Source: Acidimicrobiaceae bacterium (GTDB lineage Bacteria > Actinomycetota > Acidimicrobiia > Acidimicrobiales > Aldehydirespiratoraceae). Taken from it: DNA of 64,000 nucleotides. This document shows positions 10,532 through 20,858 of this stretch, piece after piece. Both the position numbers and the translations under genes were made by a program. Position 1 is the first letter of the stretch. The number at the start of each line of letters is the position of its first letter. The notes below the pieces were generated by a model. The model was not told the DNA's origin and searched no databases. It was given only the letters and a program-made list of their open reading frames with translations. The stretch is from contig VXTM01000036.1 in assembly GCA_009837445.1 (NCBI GenBank), positions 5,092 through 69,091 of the forward strand, given 5' to 3'.

Positions 10532-11149
10532 TCAGTCCTCCAGAACCGGCCGGTAGCCCAGTTCCAGGTCGCCGAGACGCACCAGCATTGAGGCGATCCA
10601 ACCGCCCAGCGCGGTGAAGTGCTTGTCGAGTTCGGCGCCGTCTGACAGGCCGGCCTCGTCGAGCTCGTAGACACCCTCGTAGCTCACGTCGATGGCGTAC
10701 TCGGTGGCGTCGGCGTCGTCGAGGTCCTCGGCGAACAGCGACTCCACTCTGGGCCCTCCCCGCCGGAGGGACTCGCTGCCGATGTCGGGGCTGGCTCCGG
10801 GAAGCACATCCAGGACCATCGCAGGCTCGGGCGCGCCGGCCAGGCACTGGGCCCGTAGCAGGATCTTGATCTCGATGCGGGGCGGCTCGGCGTAGCCCTC
10901 GCCCGCGTACCAGCTGAGATAGGCCGCCTGCGACCAGGTGGGCCACACGCAGCTGACGTCGGCACACACTCTGGGCGGCTGACCCTCGCCGGGAAGGGCG
11001 TAGGAGTTCTCCCAGGAGACGTCGCCCAGCAGCACGTCGGTCTGGAACCTCTCCTCGCCGGCCTGCCGCTCCAGCAGCGCGTCCTCGAACGCATCCCGCA
11101 GGGCGCCGATGGCGTCGGTGAAGACGTGGTCGAGCATCGTCAGGTTCAC
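10532..11149 (-). CDS. hypothetical protein
   Basis: Acidic 205-aa ORF with plausible composition, overlapping the LacI stop. Confidence 0.7.
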   Translation of the reverse strand: MNLTMLDHVFTDAIGALRDAFEDALLERQAGEERFQTDVLLGDVSWENSYALPGEGQPPRVCADVSCVWPTWSQAAYLSWYAGEGYAEPPRIEIKILLRAQCLAGAPEPAMVLDVLPGASPDIGSESLRRGGPRVESLFAEDLDDADATEYAIDVSYEGVYELDEAGLSDGAELDKHFTALGGWIASMLVRLGDLELGYRPVLED

Positions 11150-12189
11150 CTCATCGCGGTCTTGGCTGTTCCGGCGACAGTATTCGCCCCGCCGCGGGGT
11201 GGCCCGGTCGTGGAGCGAACGACCAGCTCGGGTTGCAGAGTGTGGCGGATCGGCTCGCTGGGTCCGTCGGAGAGCCGCTGGAGCAGTGTGGCCACCACGA
11301 GGCGCCCCATGGCCAGCGTCGGCTGGTTGACAGTGGTGAGCGACAGGTGGCGCAGTGCGGAGATGAAGGTGTTGTCGAAACCGACGAGCGACACGTCGCC
11401 GGGGACGGCCATGCCCGCGTCGGCGAGGCGGTTGAGCGCGCCGGCGGCGAGCAGATCGTTGAAGGCGAACAGGGCAGTGGGGGGATCGTCATCGGCCAGC
11501 AGCTCGTCGATGACTTCGAGGGCATCGGCTTCATCGTCGCCTGCAGGGCGGATGTCGACCAGGTCACCGAGGCCGGCGGACCGCATTCCCGACTCGTACC
11601 CCGAACGACGCTCCCCGGCGGAGACGTTGGTCCCGCCGTCCAGGTGCACGATGCGGGTATGGCCCAGCGCGGCCAGGTGCTCCACGGCCAGCTCCGCCCC
11701 CCGCCGGTCGTCGGTGCCGACGGTGTCGACACCGGTATGGACCGCACCGCTGGCCACCATCACGCAGGGAGCGGCCAAGCCGACCCGGGCCGTGTCGCTG
11801 TCGTCGAGGCGGGCGCCGACCAGAGCCATCCCCTCCACCCGCAACTGCAGGAAGGTCTCGACCGCTTCGGCCTCGCGCCGGGCATCCCGGTGGCCGTTGA
11901 GGATGAGCACCCTGAAGCCGTGATCGGCGGCCTCTGCCTCGATCCCGTCGACGACCTCGCCGAAGAACGGGTTCCGGAGGTCGTCGACGAGCACGCCGAT
12001 TGTGTGGGTGCGCTGCTGGGCGAGGATGCGGGCGATCAGGTTGGGCCGGTATCCCAGCTCGCGAGCGGCCTGGAGCACGGAGCGCCGCTTCTCGTCGGAC
12101 ACCTGCGGCGAGTCGTTCATCACCAGCGACACCAGGGCCCGCGACACCCTCGCCCGCTCCGCCACGTCCTCCATGGTGGGGCGGTTCAT
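11146..12189 (-). CDS. LacI family transcriptional regulator (probable inositol operon repressor)
   Basis: PTMEDVAERARVSRALVSLVM HTH, LGYRPN hinge, NDLLAAG, SLVGFDN; divergent from the iol operon. Confidence 0.95.
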   Translation of the reverse strand: MNRPTMEDVAERARVSRALVSLVMNDSPQVSDEKRRSVLQAARELGYRPNLIARILAQQRTHTIGVLVDDLRNPFFGEVVDGIEAEAADHGFRVLILNGHRDARREAEAVETFLQLRVEGMALVGARLDDSDTARVGLAAPCVMVASGAVHTGVDTVGTDDRRGAELAVEHLAALGHTRIVHLDGGTNVSAGERRSGYESGMRSAGLGDLVDIRPAGDDEADALEVIDELLADDDPPTALFAFNDLLAAGALNRLADAGMAVPGDVSLVGFDNTFISALRHLSLTTVNQPTLAMGRLVVATLLQRLSDGPSEPIRHTLQPELVVRSTTGPPRGGANTVAGTAKTAMR

Positions 12190-12238
12190 GCCGATCACCG
12201 CCGCCCGGTTTGACAGAACACGGCCGGGACGATAAACC

Positions 12239-12254
12239 ATTAGAGCGCTCTAAT
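12239..12254. promoter_or_regulatory. LacI-family operator
   Basis: Perfect 16-bp palindrome ATTAGAGCGCTCTAAT with central GCGC between the LacI gene and iolE. Confidence 0.8.
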
Positions 12255-12351
12255 ACAATGCGGCGCGGCGGATCCAGGAGGACATCGAGGGGGATATGCC
12301 TGCACGACAGGGCGGGCCTGAACGCTCGCAAAGCTCGTCGGGTAGTGGCCC

Positions 12352-13302
12352 GTGACGACCGCGGCGCCGACCGCGCTGCTCGACCGCGTCGCTACCGCGC
12401 CCATCAGCTGGGGCGTGTGCGAGGTGCCGGGCTGGGGCTACCAGCTCCCCGTCCACCGCGTGCTGGCCGAGATGAGGGCAGCCGGGTTCACCCACACCGA
12501 ACTCGGCTCGTGGGGCTACCTGCCGACCGAGCCGACCGAGCTCCGCACGACGCTCGACGGTCACGGGCTGGGCCTCCTCGGCGGTTTCGTGCCGCTGGTC
12601 CTGCACGACCCCAGCCGCGCCGAGTCGACCCGGGCCGCGGCCCGTCGCTGGGCCCGCCTCATCTCCGGTGGCGGCGGCCGGTTCTTCGTCACCTGCGCGG
12701 TCAGCCGCGAGGACCGGTGGCGTCACGAGCCCCTGAGCGAGACGGAATGGGCGGCGCTGTGCGCCTCGCTGGACGAGATTGACGCCATCGCGGCCGAGCA
12801 CGGGCTGCAGCAGGTGTACCACTCCCACTTCGGGTCCCTCGTGGAGACCGATGCCGAACTGAGGAGGATCCTGGAGGGCTCTGACGTCCCGCTCGTGCTC
12901 GACACCGCGCACATCACCATCGGCGGGACCGATGTCGAGGAGCTATTGGACCACTACGAGCCGCGCGTTGGCCTAGTCCATCTCAAGGATCTTGAGCCCG
13001 CGCTGGCGGCCCGTTTGAAGGCGGGAGAGCTGTCTCTCATGCAGGCCGTGCAGCGCGGCTTGTTCCCGCCGCTCGGTCGAGGAGAGGTGGCGATCGCGAA
13101 GATCGTCACCCGACTCGAAGAATCAGGACGGAACCTCTGGTACGTCCTGGAACAGGACGCGGCCATCGCTGAGGGGGACCTCTCCGCGGTGGCTGGGCTC
13201 AGGCGGGATGCCGACCTGAACCTGGAGTTCCTGAAGAGTCTGGTGCCCGCTTCGACGGGCAGCGGAGCAACCAACAACAACCACCTAATCCCGGAGGGAT
13301 AA
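12352..13302 (+). CDS. iolE: myo-inosose-2 dehydratase-like TIM-barrel protein
   Basis: APISWGVCE, TELG, YHSHFGS, LDTAH, VHLKD, VLEQD motifs; first gene of the iol operon. Confidence 0.8.
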   Translation: MTTAAPTALLDRVATAPISWGVCEVPGWGYQLPVHRVLAEMRAAGFTHTELGSWGYLPTEPTELRTTLDGHGLGLLGGFVPLVLHDPSRAESTRAAARRWARLISGGGGRFFVTCAVSREDRWRHEPLSETEWAALCASLDEIDAIAAEHGLQQVYHSHFGSLVETDAELRRILEGSDVPLVLDTAHITIGGTDVEELLDHYEPRVGLVHLKDLEPALAARLKAGELSLMQAVQRGLFPPLGRGEVAIAKIVTRLEESGRNLWYVLEQDAAIAEGDLSAVAGLRRDADLNLEFLKSLVPASTGSGATNNNHLIPEG

Positions 13303-13308
13303 ACAACC

Positions 13309-14370
13309 ATGTCAAGACTACTGAAGCTGCTCGCCGTGGTGCTCGCCATCACGCTCGTGGCCGCGTCGTGCGGCGACGACGGTGACGACGCCCCCGCGCC
13401 GGCCGCGCCCGCCGAAGAGGCCCCCACCGAGGCGGCCGCACCGGCCGACGATGAGGCGCCGGCAACCACCGCGGCCGCGGCCGACGAGGTCGTCGAGACC
13501 CAGGGCTGCGACCACACCTTCCACGTGATCACCCACGGCGACTCCGGCGTGTTCTGGTCCGTGGTCGAGGTGGCCGTTAGAGACGCTGCCGCCGCCATCG
13601 GCTGCGACGTCGTCTACTTCGGCTCCAACAACGACGCCCTGGCCCAGGCCCAGGAGATCGAGGCCGCCGTCGCGTCGGGCTCCTCGGGCATCGCCATCTC
13701 GCTGGCCGACCCGGCCGGCGTGAGCGACGCGGCCGCCGGTGTCGTGGCCGCCGGAATCCCGCTGTACACGCTCAACTCGGGCGTGAACAACTACAAGGAC
13801 CTCGGTGCCGTCACCCACGTCGGCCAGACCGAGGTCGTGGCCGGTAACGGCGCGGGCGAGCGCTTCAACGCACTGGGCGCCACCCACATCCTGTGCGCTC
13901 GCCAGGAGCAGTCCAACGTGGCGCTCGAGGAGCGCTGCGAAGGTCTGGCCGAGACCTTCGACGGCACCGTCACCTCGGAGTTCGTCGGTCTCGACGCCAA
14001 CCCCGACGAGCAGCAGAACAGCATCGCGGCTCACCTGCAGGCCGACCCGTCCATCGACGGCGTCCTCGGCGTAGGCCCGAACCTGCCTCTGCGGGCTCTG
14101 GCCGCGGGCGAGCAGGCCGGACGCGATCTGGTGATCGGCGGCTTCGACCTCTCCGGTGACCTCATCGACGCCATCGAGGCCGGCGACGTGGCCTTCACCG
14201 TGGACCAGCAGCAGTACCTCCAGGGCTACCTGCCGGTAATCCTCATGTACCTGCAGGCCACCAACCAGAACACCGCTGGCGGCGGTCTGCCCATCCTGAC
14301 GGGCCCGGGCTTCGTGGACACCGCGAACGCCTCGGTCGTCAAGGCTCTGGTCCAGCAGGGGACCCGCTAA
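13309..14370 (+). CDS. inositol/sugar ABC transporter substrate-binding lipoprotein
   Basis: Lipobox VAASC, ITHG..FWSVV, DQQQYLQGYLP, ILTGPGFV motifs. Confidence 0.9.
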   Translation: MSRLLKLLAVVLAITLVAASCGDDGDDAPAPAAPAEEAPTEAAAPADDEAPATTAAAADEVVETQGCDHTFHVITHGDSGVFWSVVEVAVRDAAAAIGCDVVYFGSNNDALAQAQEIEAAVASGSSGIAISLADPAGVSDAAAGVVAAGIPLYTLNSGVNNYKDLGAVTHVGQTEVVAGNGAGERFNALGATHILCARQEQSNVALEERCEGLAETFDGTVTSEFVGLDANPDEQQNSIAAHLQADPSIDGVLGVGPNLPLRALAAGEQAGRDLVIGGFDLSGDLIDAIEAGDVAFTVDQQQYLQGYLPVILMYLQATNQNTAGGGLPILTGPGFVDTANASVVKALVQQGTR

Positions 14371-14378
14371 TCAACACG

Positions 14379-14465
14379 TAGCGGCGGGGCGGCCGGTTGT
14401 CGCCGGTCGCCCCCTGCTAGTTTCCCCCAGCGCGGGGCCCGCCCTTGTGGCGGGCCCCGGTGCTG
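14379..14465 (+). terminator. two tandem GC-rich stem-loops between binding-protein and permease genes
   Basis: TAGCGGCGGGGCGGCCGG...CCGGTCGCCCCCTGCTA and CAGCGCGGGGCCCGCC...GGCGGGCCCCGGTGCTG; likely attenuation/mRNA stabilisation. Confidence 0.6.
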
Positions 14466-14538
14466 GCGGGATCACGCAAGCCGTACGGTCGCCACGCAGT
14501 GGATGGCCGGCCAAGTCGACTAGCCGTTGGGGGATCAA

Positions 14539-16893
14539 ATGGCTGACACGACCAACGACCAGCCCGCCGTAGCAGCCGATGCCGGCGGAGACGAACGCCT
14601 AGCCCATCGGGGGCCGATACAGACGCTCCTGACCCGCCCCGAGATCGGCGCCCTGATGGGGGCCGTCGGCGTGTGGCTGCTGTTCTGGCTGGTGTCCGCG
14701 CCCTTCGGCACCGTGGGCGGCACGGCCAACTTCCTCGACGTGGCGGCCTACCTGGGATTGATGGCCGTTCCCGTGGCGCTGCTGATGATCGGCGGCGAAT
14801 TCGACCTGTCGTCGGGCGCCATGACCGGAGCGACGGCCCTCATCGCCATCCTGCTGGCCAACGACATCAACGGCGCAGGACTGGGGCTCCATATCGCGGT
14901 GCCGCTGTCGCTGGCGTTCGCCCTCGCGATCGGGTGGTTCAACGGCACCCTGGTGGAGAAGACCTCGCTCCCCAGCTTCATCGTGACGCTGGGCACTTTC
15001 TTCATGCTGATCGGCGCCAAGCTCGGCTTCTCCAAGCTGTTCACTAACAAGGTGCTCGTCGAAGGCCTCGACGAGGCCGAGGGCTACGAGTTCTGGAACG
15101 GAATCTTCGGTGCGGAATGGCTCCGCAACTCCCATCTCTGGGACGTGCGCAGCTGGTCCAACCTGTGGTTGGTCCGTGACGAGATGTGGGCCCTGCTGCT
15201 CATGGGCGGGATAGCAGCCCTTGTGGTCGGGACATTCGAGCTGACCTACGCCCGGCGCCAGTCTCCGAACCCTGTGGCGCTAGTGGTCGCGGCCGGCGGC
15301 ACCGTGCTGGCCCTGGTGGGTCTGATCTACCTGCTCTCCCAGGACTCCACGACTTCCAACTGGATCGGGGGCATCCTCGTCGCGGCCGGGGTGCTGATCA
15401 AGGTCGCGGGCTGGTGCCGGTACCGCTACGAGACACCGGACCGATCCGAACGCGGAGCCTCGGCCCGATGGTGGCAGTACCTGATCAGCGGCGTCGCCGC
15501 TCTGGTTGTCGCCACGGTCATCGCGGTCTTCATGGACGCCACCGACTCCTCCCAGTTGGGGTTCATGAGCGGATCGTTCGGCAAGTTCGTGTTCGCTCTG
15601 GGAATCGCCGCAGTAGGAGTGCTGGCCGTGGTGGCGGCACTGGGACGCATCACCGCCGGCTACCCCGCCCTCGGGGCGGTGCTGGTGGCGCTGCCGTCGA
15701 TCAGCTTCCTGGTGACGGTGCAGGCCGCCCGGGTGATCCTCTTCGGCGGGCTCGCGCTCCTGGGGATCGCGCTGCTCTGGGCAACGGCCCGGAGAGTGCA
15801 GCCCGCAGTGACGGTCTCACTGGCCATCTCGGCCGTAATTGTTGTATTGGCGTTCTTCATCCAGGCCGAGTCGGCCTCGCGCAAGCTGCGGGTCGAGCTG
15901 TTCACCGTGCTACTGCTGGTCGCCTTGCTGCTGGCAGCCTCCGCGGTGGCCCGGTACATGAGCGCCGCCCGGACTACCGCACCTCCGCCCCCGCAGTTCG
16001 GTCGCTGGATGCATGTCTGCGCCGTGCTGGGCGTGGTAGCCGTCGTGGTGTTCGGAGTGATCGAACTGGTCGACGGCGATGGGATCCTCTACGCCGTGCT
16101 CACCGGAGCGGCCAAGGGCGGAATCGTGGGCTTCGTGGCCTACGCGGCGGGAACGGTGGGACGCACCCTGCTGACCCGCGATGAGGGGGTCGGACGGGCC
16201 CTGGTCACGGTGGGGATCGGGGCGGTCATGCTCAGCGTCGCCACCCGGCTGCTGTTCGTGACCGGCAGCGAGCTCGAGACGATCTGCACGGTGGGCACCG
16301 ACGGCGAGCTCAGATGCCCGCAGACGCAGTTCGGCGTGGTGGTGCTTTCGTTCCTGGTGTTCGCGGCCGTCGGTTCGTGGCTGCTGATGCGCACGCAGTT
16401 CGGCAGCTGGATAATGGCTGTGGGCGGCAACAAGGAGGCGGCCCGCTCCGTGGGCGTGCCGGCGGCCCGCACCAAGACCACGCTGTTCATGATGGTGTCG
16501 GGGGCGGCGTGGATCACCGGCATGCTGATCGCCTTCCGGCTCACCGCGGTGCAGGCCAACGTGGGCGACGGCAACGAGTTCCGCTACATCATCGTGGCGG
16601 TGGTCGGTGGCAACCTGCTCACCGGCGGGTACGGATCGGCGCTCGGCGCCGGCATCGGCGCGGTGATCTGGGGAATGATCTCCCAGGGCATCGGCTTCGC
16701 CCAATGGAACAGCGACTGGCGGTTCCTGGTGCTGGGCGCCCTGCTCCTCGTGGCGGTGATGGTCAACAACTATGTGCGGAGCCGGGCCGAGAAGGCACCG
16801 ACCGCATCGGGCGCCACGAGACCCGACAAGACCGAGATAACCATCGTCGTGCCCGCTGAGCCGGCCGCGGGTGCAAAGGAGGACGAGCAATGA
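14539..16893 (+). CDS. sugar (CUT2) ABC transporter permease with large internal hydrophobic insertion
   Basis: [44 protein letters not shown] motifs; about 784 aa. Confidence 0.88.
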   Translation: MADTTNDQPAVAADAGGDERLAHRGPIQTLLTRPEIGALMGAVGVWLLFWLVSAPFGTVGGTANFLDVAAYLGLMAVPVALLMIGGEFDLSSGAMTGATALIAILLANDINGAGLGLHIAVPLSLAFALAIGWFNGTLVEKTSLPSFIVTLGTFFMLIGAKLGFSKLFTNKVLVEGLDEAEGYEFWNGIFGAEWLRNSHLWDVRSWSNLWLVRDEMWALLLMGGIAALVVGTFELTYARRQSPNPVALVVAAGGTVLALVGLIYLLSQDSTTSNWIGGILVAAGVLIKVAGWCRYRYETPDRSERGASARWWQYLISGVAALVVATVIAVFMDATDSSQLGFMSGSFGKFVFALGIAAVGVLAVVAALGRITAGYPALGAVLVALPSISFLVTVQAARVILFGGLALLGIALLWATARRVQPAVTVSLAISAVIVVLAFFIQAESASRKLRVELFTVLLLVALLLAASAVARYMSAARTTAPPPPQFGRWMHVCAVLGVVAVVVFGVIELVDGDGILYAVLTGAAKGGIVGFVAYAAGTVGRTLLTRDEGVGRALVTVGIGAVMLSVATRLLFVTGSELETICTVGTDGELRCPQTQFGVVVLSFLVFAAVGSWLLMRTQFGSWIMAVGGNKEAARSVGVPAARTKTTLFMMVSGAAWITGMLIAFRLTAVQANVGDGNEFRYIIVAVVGGNLLTGGYGSALGAGIGAVIWGMISQGIGFAQWNSDWRFLVLGALLLVAVMVNNYVRSRAEKAPTASGATRPDKTEITIVVPAEPAAGAKEDEQ

Positions 16894-17681
16894 GCACCGA
16901 CTTCCTCGAGCTGAGGAACATCTCGAAGTTCTATGGCAACATCATCGCCCTCACCGGCGTCACCACGACGGTGAACCCCGGCGAGGTCACCTGCGTGCTG
17001 GGCGACAACGGCGCGGGCAAGTCCACCTTCATCAAGATCCTGGCCGGAGTGCACCAGCACGATGAGGGCGAGCTGATCCTTGAGGGTTCCAAGGTGCGGT
17101 TCGCCCATCCCCGGCAGGCTCTGGCCGCTGGCATCGCCACCGTGTACCAGGACCTGGCCATGGTGCCGCTCATGTCGGTGTGGCGGAACTTCTTCCTGGG
17201 CCAGGAGCCCAAGACGGGAGTCTGGCCGTTCCGCCAGATCGACATCGACAAGGCCAAAAGGATCGCCAAGGAGGAGATGGCCAAGATGGGCATCGACATC
17301 CGCGACACCGAGCAGAGCGTCGGCACCCTGTCCGGCGGCGAGCGCCAGTCGGTGGCCATCGCCAGGGCCAGCTACTTCGGCGCCCGTGTCCTGATCCTCG
17401 ACGAGCCCACGTCCGCGCTGGGCGTGAAGCAGTCGGGCGTGGTGCTGCGCCGCATCGTCGAGGCCCGCGATCAGGGCCTGGCCGTGATCTTCATCACCCA
17501 CAATCCCAACCACGCCTACCCCGTCGGCGACCGGTTCGTGATCCTGCAGCGGGGCGTCTCGCTGGGCAACTGGGCCAAGGCCGAGTTGTCGCAGTCCGAG
17601 CTGACCCAGCTCATGGCAGGCGGAGCCGAGCTGGAGGAACTGCAGCACGAGCTGGCCGAATCCGGCGCGAACGGAGGGTGA
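16890..17681 (+). CDS. sugar ABC transporter ATP-binding protein
   Basis: [26 protein letters not shown]. Confidence 0.95.
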   Translation: MSTDFLELRNISKFYGNIIALTGVTTTVNPGEVTCVLGDNGAGKSTFIKILAGVHQHDEGELILEGSKVRFAHPRQALAAGIATVYQDLAMVPLMSVWRNFFLGQEPKTGVWPFRQIDIDKAKRIAKEEMAKMGIDIRDTEQSVGTLSGGERQSVAIARASYFGARVLILDEPTSALGVKQSGVVLRRIVEARDQGLAVIFITHNPNHAYPVGDRFVILQRGVSLGNWAKAELSQSELTQLMAGGAELEELQHELAESGANGG

Positions 17682-17736
17682 GCGGGCTGGCCCAAGCCGC
17701 CGCGACCGAGGTCGTCGACAAGCTGGGTCCAGACTC

Positions 17737-18702
17737 ATGACCGGGTTGGAGTTGCTCACGGTCGGCCGGGTGAGCGTCGACCTGTACCCGCAGCAGAGCG
17801 GGGTTCCCCTCAGCGGTGTGGAGTCGTTCGCCAAGTCGATCGGCGGGTCGCCCACCAACGTGGCCGTGGCCGCGGCCCGGCTGGGCCGCCGGGCGGCGGT
17901 GGTCACCCGGGTGGGGGACGACGGGTTCGGCGAGTACATCCGCACCGCGCTCGCCGAGCGCTTCGGTGTGGTCAACGACTACGTGTCGGTGGACCCGGAG
18001 CTGCGCACGGCCCTCGCCTTCTGCGCGCTGGACCCGCCGACCGATCCACCGCTGCTGTTCTACCGGGAGCCCCGCGGCCCGGAGATGAACCTAACCATCG
18101 ACGACATGCCGGCTGCCGCCACCACGGTCCCAGTGCTGTGGGTCACCGGTTCGCGGTTCGCGCAGGAGCCGTCCCGCTCGGCCGTTCGCGCCCTGCTGGA
18201 GCGTCGCGCCCGGGCGGAGCACACCGTGCTCGACCTCGACTACCGAGACAGCTTCTGGTCCTCGCCCGCCGAGGCCCGCGCCGAGATCGGCCCGGCCATC
18301 GACCAGGTCACGGTGGCGGTGGGCAACCGGACAGAGTGCGAGATCGCGGTGGGATCCTCCGATCCCGACACCGCCGCCGACCGGCTGCTGGAGCGGGGCG
18401 TGTCGCTGGCGGTAGTCAAGATGGGCGCCGACGGCGTGCTCGTGGCCACCGCCGACGGCCGCTGGTCCGTCCCGCCGGTGAGGGTGGAGGTCGTGTGCGG
18501 CCTCGGCGCCGGTGACGCCTTCGGCGGTGCGCTGGCCGACGGGCTGCTGGCCGGCCTCGACCCGGTAGCCATGGTGACCAGGGCCAACGCAGCGGGCGCC
18601 ATCGTGGCCGGCCGGCTGACCTGTGCCGACGCCATGCCCACCGCGGCCGAGATAGACGACGTGATCGCCGGAGCCGGGGTGGCGGAGGTTGACGCCGCAT
18701 GA
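17737..18702 (+). CDS. iolC: 5-dehydro-2-deoxygluconokinase
   Basis: GRVSVDLYPQQ, GGSPTNVAVAAARLG, LDLDYR, GLGAGDAFGG. Confidence 0.9.
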   Translation: MTGLELLTVGRVSVDLYPQQSGVPLSGVESFAKSIGGSPTNVAVAAARLGRRAAVVTRVGDDGFGEYIRTALAERFGVVNDYVSVDPELRTALAFCALDPPTDPPLLFYREPRGPEMNLTIDDMPAAATTVPVLWVTGSRFAQEPSRSAVRALLERRARAEHTVLDLDYRDSFWSSPAEARAEIGPAIDQVTVAVGNRTECEIAVGSSDPDTAADRLLERGVSLAVVKMGADGVLVATADGRWSVPPVRVEVVCGLGAGDAFGGALADGLLAGLDPVAMVTRANAAGAIVAGRLTCADAMPTAAEIDDVIAGAGVAEVDAA

Positions 18703-19658
18703 GCACGGCCGCGCTCTGGCGCATCCGGATCGATCGACCGCCGCCGCCCGGGGTGGCCGTTCCCGACGGCATCGAGCTCACCGACGATCTGAGCGAGGCC
18801 GACGGCGTGATCGTGGGAGCCAGCGAGCCCTGGGACGCATCCGTCTGCGATCGCCTGCCCCGCCTCAAGGTGGTGGTCCGGGCCGGCATCGGCTACGACA
18901 ACGTCGATCCTGCCTCGTGCGCGTCGGTCGGAGTGGCCGCGTGCCATACACCCGACGCTCCCACGGTCTCCACCGCCGAGCACGCCCTGGCGTTACTGCT
19001 GGCGGTGTCCAAACGGATCAAGCCCTCGGAGCACCGGCTGCGCGCCGGCCTAGGCAACTATCAGGCCGCCCACGGCGCCCTAGAACTCGAAGGCAGGACC
19101 CTAGGGCTGCTCGGCGGCGGCCGCATCGGCAGCCGTGTGGCCCGCTACGGGGCTGCCCTGGGTATGAGAGTGCGGATCTGCGATCCCTACCTGGATCCGT
19201 CCGTTGTGGCGAGCGTGGCCGAGAGCGTGGAACTCGACGAACTATGGGGCAGCAGCGACATCGTGTCGCTCCACGCACCGGCCACGGCTGCGACCCGCCA
19301 CATCGTCAGTGCGGCCGCCATCTCGGCCATGAGGCCTGGGGTGATCGTCATCAACTGCGCCCGCGGCGCGTTGATCGATCACGACGCGTTGCTCGCCGGG
19401 CTGGAGTCGGGCCAGATCGCGGGGGCCGGCCTCGACGTCACCGAACCCGAGCCTCTGCCCGAGGGTCACCCGCTGCTCGGGCGAGACAACGTGATAGTCA
19501 CCCCGCACATCGCGTCGTCGACCACCGTCGGAGCGGTGCGGCTGATCAGTCAGGCCCTGGGCCAAGCGGTGGAGTGGCTGCGTGGCGGAACGCCTGAGCA
19601 CCTGCTGGACTCCGCGGCAGCCGACCCGGCAGTGGACCGGCGGCGGGAGGGCCGATGA
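18699..19658 (+). CDS. D-2-hydroxyacid dehydrogenase (phosphoglycerate dehydrogenase-like)
   Basis: GIGYDNVD, GGGRIG, INCARG, LDVTEPEP, TPHIAS. Confidence 0.88.
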   Translation: MSTAALWRIRIDRPPPPGVAVPDGIELTDDLSEADGVIVGASEPWDASVCDRLPRLKVVVRAGIGYDNVDPASCASVGVAACHTPDAPTVSTAEHALALLLAVSKRIKPSEHRLRAGLGNYQAAHGALELEGRTLGLLGGGRIGSRVARYGAALGMRVRICDPYLDPSVVASVAESVELDELWGSSDIVSLHAPATAATRHIVSAAAISAMRPGVIVINCARGALIDHDALLAGLESGQIAGAGLDVTEPEPLPEGHPLLGRDNVIVTPHIASSTTVGAVRLISQALGQAVEWLRGGTPEHLLDSAAADPAVDRRREGR

Positions 19659-20830
19659 GCGCCCAGCGCCGTCTCGGGGTGGCCGTTCTCGGCTTCGGCT
19701 GGATGGGCCAGGCCCACGCCCGGTCCTACGCCCGCCTTCCCATGATCTTCGACGGCCTCGCATACCGGGCCGAGCTGACCGTGTGCGCCGACACCCTGGA
19801 GTCGCGCCGGGCCACCGCGTTGAACGACTTCGGCTTCCGCGAGGCCACCGGCGACTGGCGGGCCGCGGTGGACCATCCCGATGTGGATGTGGTCGCCATC
19901 TGCGCACCCAACATGGTGCACTGCGAGATGGTTGAGGCCGCCGCCGCGGCCGGCAAGCATGTCTTCTGCGAGAAGCCGGTCGGGGGCACTCCCGCCCAGA
20001 CGGCCCGGGCCGAGAAGGCCTGCCGCGACGCCGGCGTCATAACCGGTGTCGGCTACAACTACCGGTTCGTGCCGTTGGTGCAGCACGCCCGCAACCTGAT
20101 CGAGGCCGGCGAGCTGGGCGAGATAACCAACTACCGGGGCCGCTTCTTCTCCATGTACGGCGCCGACCCGCTCGGCCTGCTCAGCTGGCGCTTCCTGCTC
20201 GAGCAGGCCGGGCACGGCGTGTCCACCGACATCCTCAGCCACGCCATCGACCTGGCCATGATGATCAACGGCCCCATCGTGCGGGTGGTGGGCACCGGCG
20301 AGACGTTCATCAAGGAGAGGCCGCTGCCGTCGGCGTCGGGCACCCACTACGACCGGGGCGGGCCCGACGACCCTGTGGGCGTGGTCACCAACGAGGACTA
20401 CTTCGGGGCGATGGCAGTCTTCGCCAACGGCAGCCGCGGCACCTTCGAGACGAGCCGCACGATGGTGGGGCCCCAGAGCCAGATGGCCTTCGACGTCCAC
20501 GGCACCGGTGGCGCGCTCAGCTGGAACTTCGAGACCATGAACGAGATGCGGATGTTCAGGCTCGTCGACGGCGACCGCGGCTACACCACCGTCTACGCGG
20601 GGGAGCGCCACCCGTACCATGCTGGCTTCGTTCCCGGCGAGGCCAACTCCATCGGCTTCGAGGACGTGGTGACCATCCAGGACCACGAGTTCCTGGCCGC
20701 GGTGGCCGAGGGCCGCCCGCACTCCGCAGGGATGGAGCAGGCGCTGGAGTACGTGAGCGTTCAGGCCGCCCTACTGCGAAGCTGGGAGACCGGCTCCTGG
20801 ACCGACGTGGTGTCGGTGAGGATCGACTAG
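19655..20830 (+). CDS. Gfo/Idh/MocA family oxidoreductase
   Basis: GFGWMG Rossmann motif, HVFCEKP, GYNYRF, DILSHAID. Confidence 0.9.
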   Translation: MSAQRRLGVAVLGFGWMGQAHARSYARLPMIFDGLAYRAELTVCADTLESRRATALNDFGFREATGDWRAAVDHPDVDVVAICAPNMVHCEMVEAAAAAGKHVFCEKPVGGTPAQTARAEKACRDAGVITGVGYNYRFVPLVQHARNLIEAGELGEITNYRGRFFSMYGADPLGLLSWRFLLEQAGHGVSTDILSHAIDLAMMINGPIVRVVGTGETFIKERPLPSASGTHYDRGGPDDPVGVVTNEDYFGAMAVFANGSRGTFETSRTMVGPQSQMAFDVHGTGGALSWNFETMNEMRMFRLVDGDRGYTTVYAGERHPYHAGFVPGEANSIGFEDVVTIQDHEFLAAVAEGRPHSAGMEQALEYVSVQAALLRSWETGSWTDVVSVRID

Positions 20831-20858
20831 AGGCCGAGCGAGCGGAAGGGCAGCAGCC

